A DNA stretch of 32,000 bases from Phycisphaera mikurensis NBRC 102666 (GCF_000284115.1 NC_017080.1:1890001-1922000); one strand, 5' to 3'. Positions 8,994-17,141 are shown, numbered from the stretch's first letter. The notes: generated from the letters alone by a model not told the origin. Program-made: numbers and translations.

Positions 8994-10814
8994 TCAGTAG
9001 CGCTGCTCGGCGAGCGGCACGTACTGCTCCGTCGGGGGGTTGAGGCCCGTCTTCGTGACGTCGACGTTCTTGAACCGCTTGTCGACGAAGGCGTAGCCCT
9101 TGCGGTTGAAGAGGAAGGTGTAGGGCTGGTCCTCGTGCAGGATGCGGTGCACGCGGTGCCACATCGCGGTGCGCTCGGCCTCGTCGACGGTGACGCGGGC
9201 CTCGTCGATCAGCGCGTCGAGCTCCTCGTTGCGGTAGCTGACGTAGTTGCTTCCGCCGTCGGCGATGGAGTCGGAGTGGAAGATCTGCTTGGGGTCGCTC
9301 TCGATCGAGCCGCCCCAGGCGAGCGTGATCGCGTCGAAGTCGCGGTCGTTGATGCGGTTGATCATCGTGTTGAACTCGAGGGGCTCGAGCTCGACCTGGA
9401 TCCCGGCCCGCGCGAGTGCATCCTTGATGTAGCCGGCCTGCAGCTGCGTGGTCGGGCTGCCGGCGCCGTAGATGAAGGTGAAGGTGAAGGGCACGCCTCC
9501 GGCGTCCTCCAGCACGCCGTCGCCGTCGCGGTCCTCGAAGCCCGCCTCGGCGAGAAGCGTCTTCGCCCGCTGCGGGTCGTGCCGCCAGGCTTCGAGCTGC
9601 GGGTCGGCCTGGTCGGTGCCGGCGCTGAAGGGGCCGTTGATGACGTCGACGGTGCCGGCCATCAGCTGGCTGGCCATCTCCTCGCGATCGAGCAGCAGCG
9701 TCAGCGCCTGCCGCACCCGTCTGTCGGCGAAGCGTGTCGGCTCGCCGCCGCGCTGCTGGTTCCAGCCGATGTAGCTGAAGCCGCTGGAGACGTCCGTGAT
9801 CTCGAGGAACTCCGCCTTCTCGTTGAGGTCCGCGTCGTCCCGCAGCCGCGCCAGCTGCTCGGGGCGGACGGCGTAGCTGTCGATCTCGCCGTTGCGGAAG
9901 GCGACCAGCTCGGCCGCGTCCTCGCTGATGACCCGCCACACGATGCGGTCGAGCGTGGGCGTGGGCCCCCAGTAGTTCTCGTTGCGGACCAGCTCCACCG
10001 AGGGTCCGGGTTGCCAATCTTCGGGGTCGCCCTCGAGCCGGTAGGGCCCGCTGCCGTAGAGCAAGCCGAGCCCCTCGTTGAACTCCTCGGCCGTGAACCT
10101 GCCGTACCAGTCCTTGGAGAGGATCCCGAAGCCACCGGTGAAGCTCAGCGCTTGGAAGTAGGGCTCGCTGAGCGTGAACACGACGCGGTGCGGCCCCTCG
10201 GCCACCGCGCCCTCGACGACCTCGTAGTACGTCTTCAGGGCCGGGTTGTTGATCTTCGGATCCTTGATCAGGTTCAGCGTGTAGACGACGTCTTCGGACG
10301 TGAGCGGGCTTCCGTCGGAGAAGCACACGTCGGTCCGCAGGTCGTAGGCGATCGTGAGGCCGTCGTCGGAGATCGTCCAGCCGGTCGCGATCAGCGGCTC
10401 GAAGGCGAGCGTCTCGGGATTGCGCTGGATCAACCCCTCCAGAACGAGCGCCTCGACCCGACGCTGATAACCATCGGTCTGCACGACCGGCGTGAGCTTG
10501 CCGATCTGCTGGGGGATGGAGGAGACGCGCCAATCGCCGGGGGCGTAGTCGGGGTTGTCGCGGACCGAAAGGATCCGCCCGAAGGCGGGATTGGTTTCGG
10601 CGGTCTCGGCCGCCGCGGCGGTTCGCGGCGCGGGACGCTCCCGCAGCCCGTCGCTCAGCCGGACCAGCGCCTCGGACTGCCGCGCCAGGTTCGCATCGAT
10701 CGCCCGGAGCGTCTCGTGCTGCCGGTCGAACATCACCATCGCCAGCGCGATGAGCCCGAGGACGAGCACGAGCAGGACGGTGTGGACGATCGGGAGGAGG
10801 CCGGTGCGCTGCAT
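8994..10814 (-). CDS. ABC-transporter family-5 (peptide/nickel, OppA/DppA-like) substrate-binding protein with an N-terminal membrane anchor
   Basis: 606 aa from ATG 10814. N-terminal TM LLPIVHTVLLVLVLGLIALAMVMF. Family-5 SBP-like core: LVLEGLIQRNPETLAFEPLIATGWTISDDGLTIAYDLRTDVCFSDGSPLTSEDVVYTL. No permease or ATPase gene is adjacent. Confidence 0.85.
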   Translation of the reverse strand: MQRTGLLPIVHTVLLVLVLGLIALAMVMFDRQHETLRAIDANLARQSEALVRLSDGLRERPAPRTAAAAETAETNPAFGRILSVRDNPDYAPGDWRVSSIPQQIGKLTPVVQTDGYQRRVEALVLEGLIQRNPETLAFEPLIATGWTISDDGLTIAYDLRTDVCFSDGSPLTSEDVVYTLNLIKDPKINNPALKTYYEVVEGAVAEGPHRVVFTLSEPYFQALSFTGGFGILSKDWYGRFTAEEFNEGLGLLYGSGPYRLEGDPEDWQPGPSVELVRNENYWGPTPTLDRIVWRVISEDAAELVAFRNGEIDSYAVRPEQLARLRDDADLNEKAEFLEITDVSSGFSYIGWNQQRGGEPTRFADRRVRQALTLLLDREEMASQLMAGTVDVINGPFSAGTDQADPQLEAWRHDPQRAKTLLAEAGFEDRDGDGVLEDAGGVPFTFTFIYGAGSPTTQLQAGYIKDALARAGIQVELEPLEFNTMINRINDRDFDAITLAWGGSIESDPKQIFHSDSIADGGSNYVSYRNEELDALIDEARVTVDEAERTAMWHRVHRILHEDQPYTFLFNRKGYAFVDKRFKNVDVTKTGLNPPTEQYVPLAEQRY

Positions 10815-10926
10815 CGGCTCAGGGTAAAAAGTGATCCCGGGCGATTGGCACGGCGTGCTTCCCGCGCCTCCCGTGCGCCGGAGACCCTGCGGTCCATCGC
10901 CGATGAGGCCGGTGCGTGCCCGCGGT

Positions 10927-12468
10927 TCAGCCCCGCGCCGGCGGACGCGGCATGGGGCCGCGGGCCGCCTCGAGCATCGCGGCGGCTCGGAGCAGTCGCA
11001 GCTCCCCGAAGGCGGGGCCGATGAGCTGCACGCCCACCGGCAGCTCGGGCGCGTCCTCCTCCGCGGGCGCCAGCCCGGTCGGGACGCTGATCCCGGCGAT
11101 GCCGGCGAGGTTGGCGTTGACCGTGTAGATGTCGTTGAGGTACATCGACAGCGGGTCGTCGGTCTTCTCGCCGAGCTTGAAGGCGGTGCCGGTGGTCGTC
11201 GGGCACAGCAGCACGTCGCAGCCGCCGCCGCTGGCGGCGGGCGGCTCGAAGCCGCCGGTGCCGAAGACGCGGTGGAAGTCGTTGGCGATGAGGCGGCGGA
11301 CCCGCAGCGCCCGCTCGTAGAGCGCGTCGTGGTAGCCCGACGAGAGCGCGTACGTCCCGAGCATGATGCGCCGCTTCACCTCGTCGCCGAAGGCCTCGCC
11401 GCGGCTGTCTCGCGTCATCGCGTCGAGCCCGCTCGTGCGCTCCGGGCTGCGGTGCCCGAAGTGCACGCCGTCGTAGCGGGCCAGGTTGGAGCTGACCTCG
11501 GCGGTCATCAGCACGTAGTACGTGGGGATCCCGAAGCGGCTGTGGGGCAGGTCGACCTCCACCAGCTCGGCCCCCGCGTCCCGGAACCAGCCCATCGCCC
11601 GCTCGACCGCGCGCTGCACCGCCGGGTGGTTCGCCTCGGCGTCGAGGTACTGCCTCGGCAAGCCGACGCGGAGGCCCCGGATCGGCCGGTGGATCGCCTC
11701 GGCGTCGGCGAGCTCCGGTTCCACCGGCAGCGGGGCGGTGGTGGCGTCGAGCGGGTCGTCGCCCGCCATCACCGACAGCAGCAACGCGGCGTCGGCGACC
11801 GTCCGGGTGAAGGGGCCGACCTGGTCGAGCGAGCTGGCGCAGGCGACCAGCCCGTGGCGGCTGATCCGCCCGTAGGTCGGCTTGAGCCCGACGACGCCGC
11901 ACAGCGCCGCCGGCTGCCGGATCGAGCCGCCGGTGTCGGTGCCCAGCGCGGCGGAGCAGAGCCCCGCCGCCAGGGCGACCGCCGAGCCGCCGGAGCTGCC
12001 CCCGGGCACGCGGGCCGTGTCCCACGGGTTCAGGCTCGGGCCGTAGGCGGAGGTTTCCGTCGACGAACCGAGCGCGAACTCGTCCATGTTGCACGTGCCG
12101 ACGACGATGGCGCCGGCCGCCTCCAACCGCGCGAGGCAGGTCGCCGAGAAGGGCGAGCGATGCCCTCTGAGCATCCGGGACCCGCAGGCGGTTGTGCCGC
12201 CGTCGTAGCAGAGCACGTCCTTGCTCGCGATGGGGACGCCCGCGAGCGGCCCGCTCCGCTCGCCGCGGTCGACGGCCTCCGCCCGCGCGAGCGCGGCCTC
12301 GGCGTAGACCTCCCGGTAGGCGTTGAGCTCCGGGTTCGCCGCGCCGATGCGGCCGAGCAGCGCCGCGACGCCCTCCCGCGCCGAGGCGCCCGCCGCGATC
12401 GCGTCGCGGAGCCCGATCACGCTGTCCGCGGGCGCGGCGTCGGGTGGCGTTGCGTCCTGCGTCATCAT
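10927..12468 (-). CDS. gatA: Asp-tRNA(Asn)/Glu-tRNA(Gln) amidotransferase subunit A
   Basis: Amidase signature GGSSGGSAVALAAG, also PIASKDVL and CNMDEFALGSSTE. Start set at ATG 12468 (MMTQD...), 4 nt after the gatC stop. The track's 29-aa extension to 12555 would overlap gatC. Confidence 0.93.
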   Translation of the reverse strand: MMTQDATPPDAAPADSVIGLRDAIAAGASAREGVAALLGRIGAANPELNAYREVYAEAALARAEAVDRGERSGPLAGVPIASKDVLCYDGGTTACGSRMLRGHRSPFSATCLARLEAAGAIVVGTCNMDEFALGSSTETSAYGPSLNPWDTARVPGGSSGGSAVALAAGLCSAALGTDTGGSIRQPAALCGVVGLKPTYGRISRHGLVACASSLDQVGPFTRTVADAALLLSVMAGDDPLDATTAPLPVEPELADAEAIHRPIRGLRVGLPRQYLDAEANHPAVQRAVERAMGWFRDAGAELVEVDLPHSRFGIPTYYVLMTAEVSSNLARYDGVHFGHRSPERTSGLDAMTRDSRGEAFGDEVKRRIMLGTYALSSGYHDALYERALRVRRLIANDFHRVFGTGGFEPPAASGGGCDVLLCPTTTGTAFKLGEKTDDPLSMYLNDIYTVNANLAGIAGISVPTGLAPAEEDAPELPVGVQLIGPAFGELRLLRAAAMLEAARGPMPRPPARG

Positions 12469-12472
12469 CGAT

Positions 12473-12781
12473 TCAGGCGGAGCCGCCGCCGCCGAGCACG
12501 CGGGGCACGGTGAAGTACGGGCCCGCCTTGGCCGGGGCGTTGGCCAGCGCAACATCCGGCCCCAAGCCCAGCGCGGGGGCCTGCGGCACCGCGTCCTCCC
12601 GGAAGACGTTGCGCAGGGCCATCGGCCGCGGCATCGGTTCGACGCCCTCCACCTCGGCTTCGCCGAGCTGGTCGATGTGCGCCACGATGCCCGCGAGCTG
12701 GTGGGCGAATTGTTCCGCCTCCCGCTCGGTGAGCCTGAGCTTCGCGAGCTTCGCCACGTGCAGGACTTCCGCGGTGGTCAC
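12473..12781 (-). CDS. gatC: Asp-tRNA(Asn)/Glu-tRNA(Gln) amidotransferase subunit C
   Basis: (M)TTAEVLHVAKLAKLRLTEREAEQFAHQLAGIVAHIDQLGEAEVEGVEPM is a canonical GatC core. GTG 12781 gives a typical 102-aa protein. Alternative TTG starts at 12859 and 12913 would add a Pro-rich extension. Confidence 0.85.
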   Translation of the reverse strand: MTTAEVLHVAKLAKLRLTEREAEQFAHQLAGIVAHIDQLGEAEVEGVEPMPRPMALRNVFREDAVPQAPALGLGPDVALANAPAKAGPYFTVPRVLGGGGSA

Positions 12782-12929
12782 CCTCTGCGGCGGGCCCGGG
12801 GCGGAGCCCCCGTCCGGAGCTTCGGGGGCCTCTGGATGGTCGGAAGCGGCTTCGCTCAAGGGTGGACGGTCGGGCTGGCGGATCGGGCTTGGGGGCCGGC
12901 GGGCCGCCGGCAAGCGGCCGACAGGCGGC

Positions 12930-13565
12930 TCAGTATTCCGACTCGACGTTCGCTTCCTTGGGCACGTAGAAGTTGAAGCGCGGACCTTCGTCCTCTCCCT
13001 CCGCCTCGTCTTCCTCGACGACCTCCTCTTCGGGGGCGTCGCTCTTGACGTTGAGCTTGATCTCGCACTTCAGGTCGCGGTTGATCACGATCGGCACGTC
13101 GTAGGTGTCGACCCGCTTGGCGACCTGGCCGAGCCGCACGTAGCGGTCCTCGATGGCGAAGCCCTCCTCGCGGAGCATCTCCGCGACCTCGTGCTGCGTG
13201 ATGCCGCCGAAGAGCACGCCCTGGTCGTTGGTCGAGCGCTCCACCGTCAGCTCGTGCCCGTCGAGCTTGGCGATCATGGCCTCCTGCTCGCCGCGGATCC
13301 GCTTCTGCTCGGCCTCGGCTTCGGCCCGCTGGCCGGCGAGCTCCTCGATCTTCTCCTGCGTCGGCACCTCGGCGATCCCGCGGGGCAGCAGGTAGTTGCG
13401 GGCGAAGCCCGCCTTGACGCGGACGACGTCGCCGACGATGCCCACGTTCTCGAGCGTCTCGAGCATGAGGAGGTCGTGCTGGCGGCCGCGCGTCGCGGGC
13501 TGTTGGTGCCCGGAGCGGGGCTTGCCGGTGCGGGTCTGGGTGTGGTCGGTGCGGCGGTTGGCCAT
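12930..13565 (-). CDS. rplI: 50S ribosomal protein L9 with N-terminal basic and C-terminal acidic extensions
   Basis: ATG 13565 preceded by GAGGA 8 nt upstream. Core LLMLETLENVGIVGDVVRVKAGFARNYLLPRGIA matches the L9 N-domain. About 30 aa of basic leader and an acidic tail (EEEVVEEDEAEGEDE). Confidence 0.9.
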   Translation of the reverse strand: MANRRTDHTQTRTGKPRSGHQQPATRGRQHDLLMLETLENVGIVGDVVRVKAGFARNYLLPRGIAEVPTQEKIEELAGQRAEAEAEQKRIRGEQEAMIAKLDGHELTVERSTNDQGVLFGGITQHEVAEMLREEGFAIEDRYVRLGQVAKRVDTYDVPIVINRDLKCEIKLNVKSDAPEEEVVEEDEAEGEDEGPRFNFYVPKEANVESEY

Positions 13566-13759
13566 GGTTCGTGTCCTCGTGAGTGAGTTAGACGCCGCGC
13601 CGGGCCGGCACGGTCGTCAGGATCGGGGTAGCGGCGGAGGCTAGCAAAGCTTCACGCCGAGCGTGAGCCACGCCGCGAGCACACGCCCGCGGGCATCGAT
13701 CGCCGCGTCCCGCGCGTTGGCGTCGCGGCCCGCCGGAGCACGCTGGCGACATACCCGCG

Positions 13760-14272
13760 TCAGAACGGGATGTCGTCTTCGTCGATCGCTTCGTGCACCG
13801 GGCCGGGCGAGGCGTCCTGGTAGTTCGTGCGGCTGCCACCGCCACCGCCACCGCCGCCACCGCCACCGCCGTACCCGCCACCGCTCTCGCGTGCTTGCGC
13901 CCCGCCACCTCCTCCACCGCCGCCGGCGTCGCCGTCGCGGCCGCCGACGAACTGGAAGTTGTCCACCACGACCGACAGCTTCGACCGCTTCTGGCCGGTG
14001 GTCTTGTCGTCCCACTGGCTGAAGCGCAGCTTGCCCTCGATGAAGAGCGGCCTGCCCTTGCCGACGTACTGCTGGATGACCTCCGCCGTGCGACCGAAGG
14101 CCTCGCAATCGATGAAGTTGGGCTTCTCCACCCACTGGTCCGTCTGCTTGTCCTTGTAGCGGTCGTTGACCGCGAGGCCGAAGCTGCAGACCGCCATGTT
14201 GCTGGGCAGGTGCCGCAGCTCGGGGTCGCGGGTGAGGTTGCCCAGAAGGATCACGCGGTTGAAGTTGGCCAT
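13760..14272 (-). CDS. ssb: Single-stranded DNA-binding protein
   Basis: MANFNRVILLGNLTRDPELR OB-fold start, a Gly-rich linker and the C-terminal acidic tip DEDDIPF. Confidence 0.95.
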   Translation of the reverse strand: MANFNRVILLGNLTRDPELRHLPSNMAVCSFGLAVNDRYKDKQTDQWVEKPNFIDCEAFGRTAEVIQQYVGKGRPLFIEGKLRFSQWDDKTTGQKRSKLSVVVDNFQFVGGRDGDAGGGGGGGGAQARESGGGYGGGGGGGGGGGGSRTNYQDASPGPVHEAIDEDDIPF

Positions 14273-14501
14273 GATTGTGCTCGCAGGGTGGGTTCAGGGG
14301 AATGGTAACAGATCCCGACCATCTTGGCCGGTCCGCACCGAATGCAACGCGCAAAGATAGCAGGCAGCCGCCCCGGAGACCGCGGACCGCGGCTCGATCG
14401 AGCTCCAGGTGGGAACGGTCCGCGGGTCCCCCGCGCAGGCGGAGAATCCGGCTCGGCGGAAGCTCGCCAGAAGGTGCCGGGTGTGGCTGGACGCGGCGTG
14501 C

Positions 14502-14517
14502 AGCGCCGACCGGCGCT
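14502..14517 (-). terminator. Small GC hairpin overlapping the rpsF stop (attenuator/terminator candidate)
   Basis: AGCGCC-GACC-GGCGCT, 6-bp stem with 4-nt loop, at the rpsF stop codon. A 244-nt spacer follows before ssb. Confidence 0.25.
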
Positions 14518-14999
14518 CAGGGCGTCGCGGCGCCCGGCGTCGCGGTCTCGACGGCCGCGGCACCCGCGGCAACGCCCGCCGCCGGGGCGTCCTCGGTCCG
14601 GGCTTCCTCGTTCTCCTCGGTCACCTCCGGCTCGGGCACGCCGGGGTTGACGTCCTTGCCGTCGCGGATCGCCTGCATCTCCTCGTCCCCGATGTGGTCG
14701 CAGCGGGTGAACATCACGCGGAGCACGTCCTCGGTGAGGTTGCACTCCCGCTCGATCTCGACGATCCGGCGCGGGTTCACGTGGAAGTACGTGATGATGA
14801 AGGTGCCACGCTTCTGGGCGTCGATGGGGTAGGCCAGCTTCCGGTCGTCCCAGCGGCGGAGCACGTCCACCTCGCCGTCGACCCGCTCGAGCATGCCGCG
14901 GATGAGATCGAGGCCGTTGTCGATGCCCTCGGCGAGGGCGTTCTGGCTGAGGAGAAACATGGCCTCGTAGAGGCGGCGATCGGGGCTGAGTTCGGGCAT
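14517..14999 (-). CDS. rpsF: 30S ribosomal protein S6 with an acidic/Ala-rich C-terminal extension
   Basis: Start set at ATG 14999 (MPELSPDRRLYEAMFLLSQN...RKLAYPI..GTFIITYF), typical of S6. The upstream 79 aa of track ORF 14517..15236 are Arg/Pro junk. Confidence 0.9.
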   Translation of the reverse strand: MPELSPDRRLYEAMFLLSQNALAEGIDNGLDLIRGMLERVDGEVDVLRRWDDRKLAYPIDAQKRGTFIITYFHVNPRRIVEIERECNLTEDVLRVMFTRCDHIGDEEMQAIRDGKDVNPGVPEPEVTEENEEARTEDAPAAGVAAGAAAVETATPGAATP

Positions 15000-15032
15000 C
15001 GGGGCGTCGGGGTCCTGGGGTGCGGCCCGGTC

Positions 15033-15059
15033 GTTGCTGCCGGACCCACCGGCAGCAAC
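15033..15059 (-). promoter_or_regulatory. Perfect 11-bp hairpin in the rpsF 5' leader
   Basis: GTTGCTGCCGG-ACCCA-CCGGCAGCAAC, every pair checked. It lies 34-60 nt upstream of the rpsF ATG in the 168-bp rpsF/acpS divergent spacer. Confidence 0.4.
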
Positions 15060-15167
15060 ACGGAGCCGGCGTCGGACGCCGGCCGGGCCGCGAGAGCGAG
15101 GCGGGAGCCTATCGACCCGCCCGCTGGGCGGCAAGCGACGCCCCGTGGCGCCCCGTACTGTCGCGGC

Positions 15168-15671
15168 ATGCGGATCCTGGGCCACGGCATCGATCTGGTC
15201 TCGATCCCGCGGGTGGCCGAGCTGCTCGAGGCCCACCCCGCCCGCTTCCGTGAACGCTGCTTCACGCCGGCTGAGGCTTCCTACTGCGACGCCGGCGGCC
15301 GGCGCGGCCCGGAGCGCTACGCGGCCCGCTTCGCGGCCAAGGAGGCCGCGGTCAAGGCCTTGGGGACCGGCTTCCGCGGCGGCATCGCCTGGACCGATCT
15401 CGAGGTCACCCGCGACGCGGCGGGCCGGCCCGGTCTGCGGCTGTCGGGGGCGGCCGCTGCCGTCGCGCGGTCACGGGGGCTGGCAGAGTGGTGGCTGAGC
15501 CTCAGTCACACCGATGAACACGCCATGGCGAGCGTGATCGCCGGCGGCGGGGGGCCTGCGGGCTCCGGACCGGCGGCGATGGCGGCTGATACGATCGCCC
15601 CCGAAGCGTCGCGGAGCGTTTCCCGCGGCCGAGAGCAGGCGACGGAACCCACGACCGAAACCCTCCGATGA
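15168..15671 (+). CDS. acpS: Holo-[acyl-carrier-protein] synthase (4'-phosphopantetheinyl transferase) with a ~40-aa C-terminal extension
   Basis: MRILGHGIDLVSIPRV...RFAAKEAAVKALGTG...WTDLEVTRDAAGRP...LSLSHTDEHAMASVI are AcpS motifs. ATG 15168 is in frame with track ORF 14409..15671. Confidence 0.88.
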   Translation: MRILGHGIDLVSIPRVAELLEAHPARFRERCFTPAEASYCDAGGRRGPERYAARFAAKEAAVKALGTGFRGGIAWTDLEVTRDAAGRPGLRLSGAAAAVARSRGLAEWWLSLSHTDEHAMASVIAGGGGPAGSGPAAMAADTIAPEASRSVSRGREQATEPTTETLR

Positions 15672-16837
15672 CGCGAAGGAACGCGACGAGCCGCCTGGAC
15701 GTGATGCGGCATCACCGGCCCGAGCCGGCGCCGATCCCCACGCAGCGGGGGGCGTCGAGCTTCACGCCGCCGGCCTTCCGCATCGGCGCCCGCGGCCTGC
15801 GGGCGGCGGCGGCGTTCGTCCGCCGCTTCGCCTCGGCGACGCGGCGGGGCCTGCTCGACGCCGCGGACCGCCCGGCCCCGCCGCGGCCGGCCGAGGAGCG
15901 TGGCGGGTCGCGGCCGGTCCGGGCGCAGGCTTCCCGCACACCGGAGCCGCAGCGTGTGTCCACACCGCAGAAGGAGCCGCAGGCAACGCCCGCGGCGCAG
16001 GTGATCGGGCGGATCGGCCCGGTGGAGCAGCCTCCCGCCCGACGCGCCGCCGGGCCGGAGCCAACGCCGCCGGCGGAGGGCCCGGGCCCGCTGGCCCGCG
16101 GGCTCGCCGCCGCACGCACCGCCTGGTCCGACCGCTTCGGCGAGGTCTGGTGGGTGGGGTCCACCGAGCCGCTCACGCTGCACCTGCCCCGCGGCGCGAC
16201 GGTCCTGGTGATGGCCGGCGTGGTCGGCATCATCGTGATGGCATTTGCGGTGGGGCGGAGGTCCGGCCGGGCCGACGCGGTGGTCGCCACGCCGCTGACC
16301 CCGGCCCAGCGCCTGCTGGCCACGCTCGAGCCGGCGTCCGACGCGCGGGGCGTGCCGGGCATCGACGCGGGGGGAAGCGTGCCCGGCGGAGCGGAGACGC
16401 CCGCCGGCGACGCCGGCCCCGAAGGTGTCCTGCAAGCCGGCACGCAGGAGGCGGACGGGCCCCGGCTGCAAGCCCGCTACGACGCCGGGTTGGACCCGCG
16501 CGTCGACGGCCGCAACTACCTCGTCTACATGACCGCGACGCGCAGCGAGTGCCTGCGCCTGGCCGATTTCCTCAACGAGCGGGGCGTGACCCCGATCGTG
16601 ATGCGATCCGGGCGTAGCGTGGAGACCGCCGACGGCGACGGCAAGCCGCTGGTGCTGCCGCTCTACTGGGTGGTGGACGTGGGGCAGGGCTTCTCCCGTG
16701 CCGAGTACGTGCGCGGCGAGCACCGCGCCTTCCACGAGGAGCGGATGGAGCTGGGGCGCGCCTGGAAGCGGCACAACGGCGGGCGGGGTTCGGACCTCTC
16801 CGACATGCAGTTCTACGCCTATCTCGCGGACTCCTGA
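15668..16837 (+). CDS. Hypothetical single-pass membrane protein: Arg/Pro-rich N-terminal region, one TM, and a ~120-aa C-terminal globular domain
   Basis: ATG 15668 overlaps the acpS stop (ATGA). The frame has high GC3. TM is ATVLVMAGVVGIIVMAFAVG. C-terminal NYLVYMTATRSECLRLADFLNERGVTPIVM...LYWVVDVGQGFSRAEY has a beta-alpha-beta-beta-alpha, SPOR-like pattern (weak inference). Confidence 0.65.
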   Translation: MTRRNATSRLDVMRHHRPEPAPIPTQRGASSFTPPAFRIGARGLRAAAAFVRRFASATRRGLLDAADRPAPPRPAEERGGSRPVRAQASRTPEPQRVSTPQKEPQATPAAQVIGRIGPVEQPPARRAAGPEPTPPAEGPGPLARGLAAARTAWSDRFGEVWWVGSTEPLTLHLPRGATVLVMAGVVGIIVMAFAVGRRSGRADAVVATPLTPAQRLLATLEPASDARGVPGIDAGGSVPGGAETPAGDAGPEGVLQAGTQEADGPRLQARYDAGLDPRVDGRNYLVYMTATRSECLRLADFLNERGVTPIVMRSGRSVETADGDGKPLVLPLYWVVDVGQGFSRAEYVRGEHRAFHEERMELGRAWKRHNGGRGSDLSDMQFYAYLADS

Positions 16838-16857
16838 ACGCGGAGGCAACCCGCGTT
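16837..16857 (+). terminator. Intrinsic-terminator-like hairpin right after the acpS-hypothetical pair
   Basis: AACGCGG-AGGCAAC-CCGCGTT, 7-bp stem starting at the last base of the stop codon. It is followed by TTATCCTCTCC. Confidence 0.45.
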
Positions 16858-16919
16858 ATCCTCTCCGCCCGCCGGTTGGCGTGGCCGGCTCCTCCGCCGC
16901 CGCGAAGCCGGGGGCACCG

Positions 16920-16952
16920 CGAACCCGAAGCGATCCCGAAGCGAACCCGAAG
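16920..16952 (+). repeat. Three tandem 11-nt units CGA(A/T)CCCGAAG immediately upstream of the small basic protein gene
   Basis: CGAACCCGAAG CGATCCCGAAG CGAACCCGAAG, ending 12 nt before ATG 16965. Confidence 0.9.
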
Positions 16953-16964
16953 AAAGTCTCCATC

Positions 16965-17141
16965 ATGAGCCTCGACAGCTCCCTCAAGGCCGGTGGCGGC
17001 CTCAAGCGTCACCGCAACGTCCTCACCCGCCCCGAGCGGATCGAACTGCTCGCGAAGAAGGATGCCTTCGACAAGAAGCAAGGCGATCCGCTGGGCCTGC
17101 CCAAGGTCGGCAACCGCAAGCTGACGACCGGGAAGAAGTAG
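16965..17141 (+). CDS. Small basic protein (58 aa), PVC-superphylum family (TIGR04137-like, from recollection)
   Basis: MSLDSSLKAGGGLKRHRNVLTRPERIELLAKKDAFDKKQGDPLGLPKVGNRKLTTGKK. The pattern SLK..GGL..HRNVLTR.ERI...LGLPKV matches the small basic proteins annotated in Planctomycetes, Verrucomicrobia and Chlamydiae. Confidence 0.7.
   Translation: MSLDSSLKAGGGLKRHRNVLTRPERIELLAKKDAFDKKQGDPLGLPKVGNRKLTTGKK

Noticed and set aside
12469-12555. 29-aa N-terminal extension of gatA and the 44-aa Pro-rich extension of gatC (to TTG 12913)
   Set aside because: The gatA extension would overlap gatC by 80+ nt, and it precedes a canonical MMTQD start 4 nt after the gatC stop. The gatC core aligns from GTG 12781. 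The longer gatC start cannot be fully excluded.
13566-13759. 62-codon minus-strand frame in the ssb-rplI spacer as a possible divergent rpsR
   Set aside because: The translation (MSPACSGGPRRQRAGRGDRCPRACARG...) has none of the S18 hallmarks, and it is the tail of a shadow ORF overlapping ssb.
13827-13935. GGC/GCC-rich simple repeat (poly-Gly or poly-Pro, depending on strand)
   Set aside because: It is the normal Gly-rich flexible linker of SSB between the OB fold and the DDIPF tip. The plus-strand poly-Pro ORF (13827-14159) is antisense junk.
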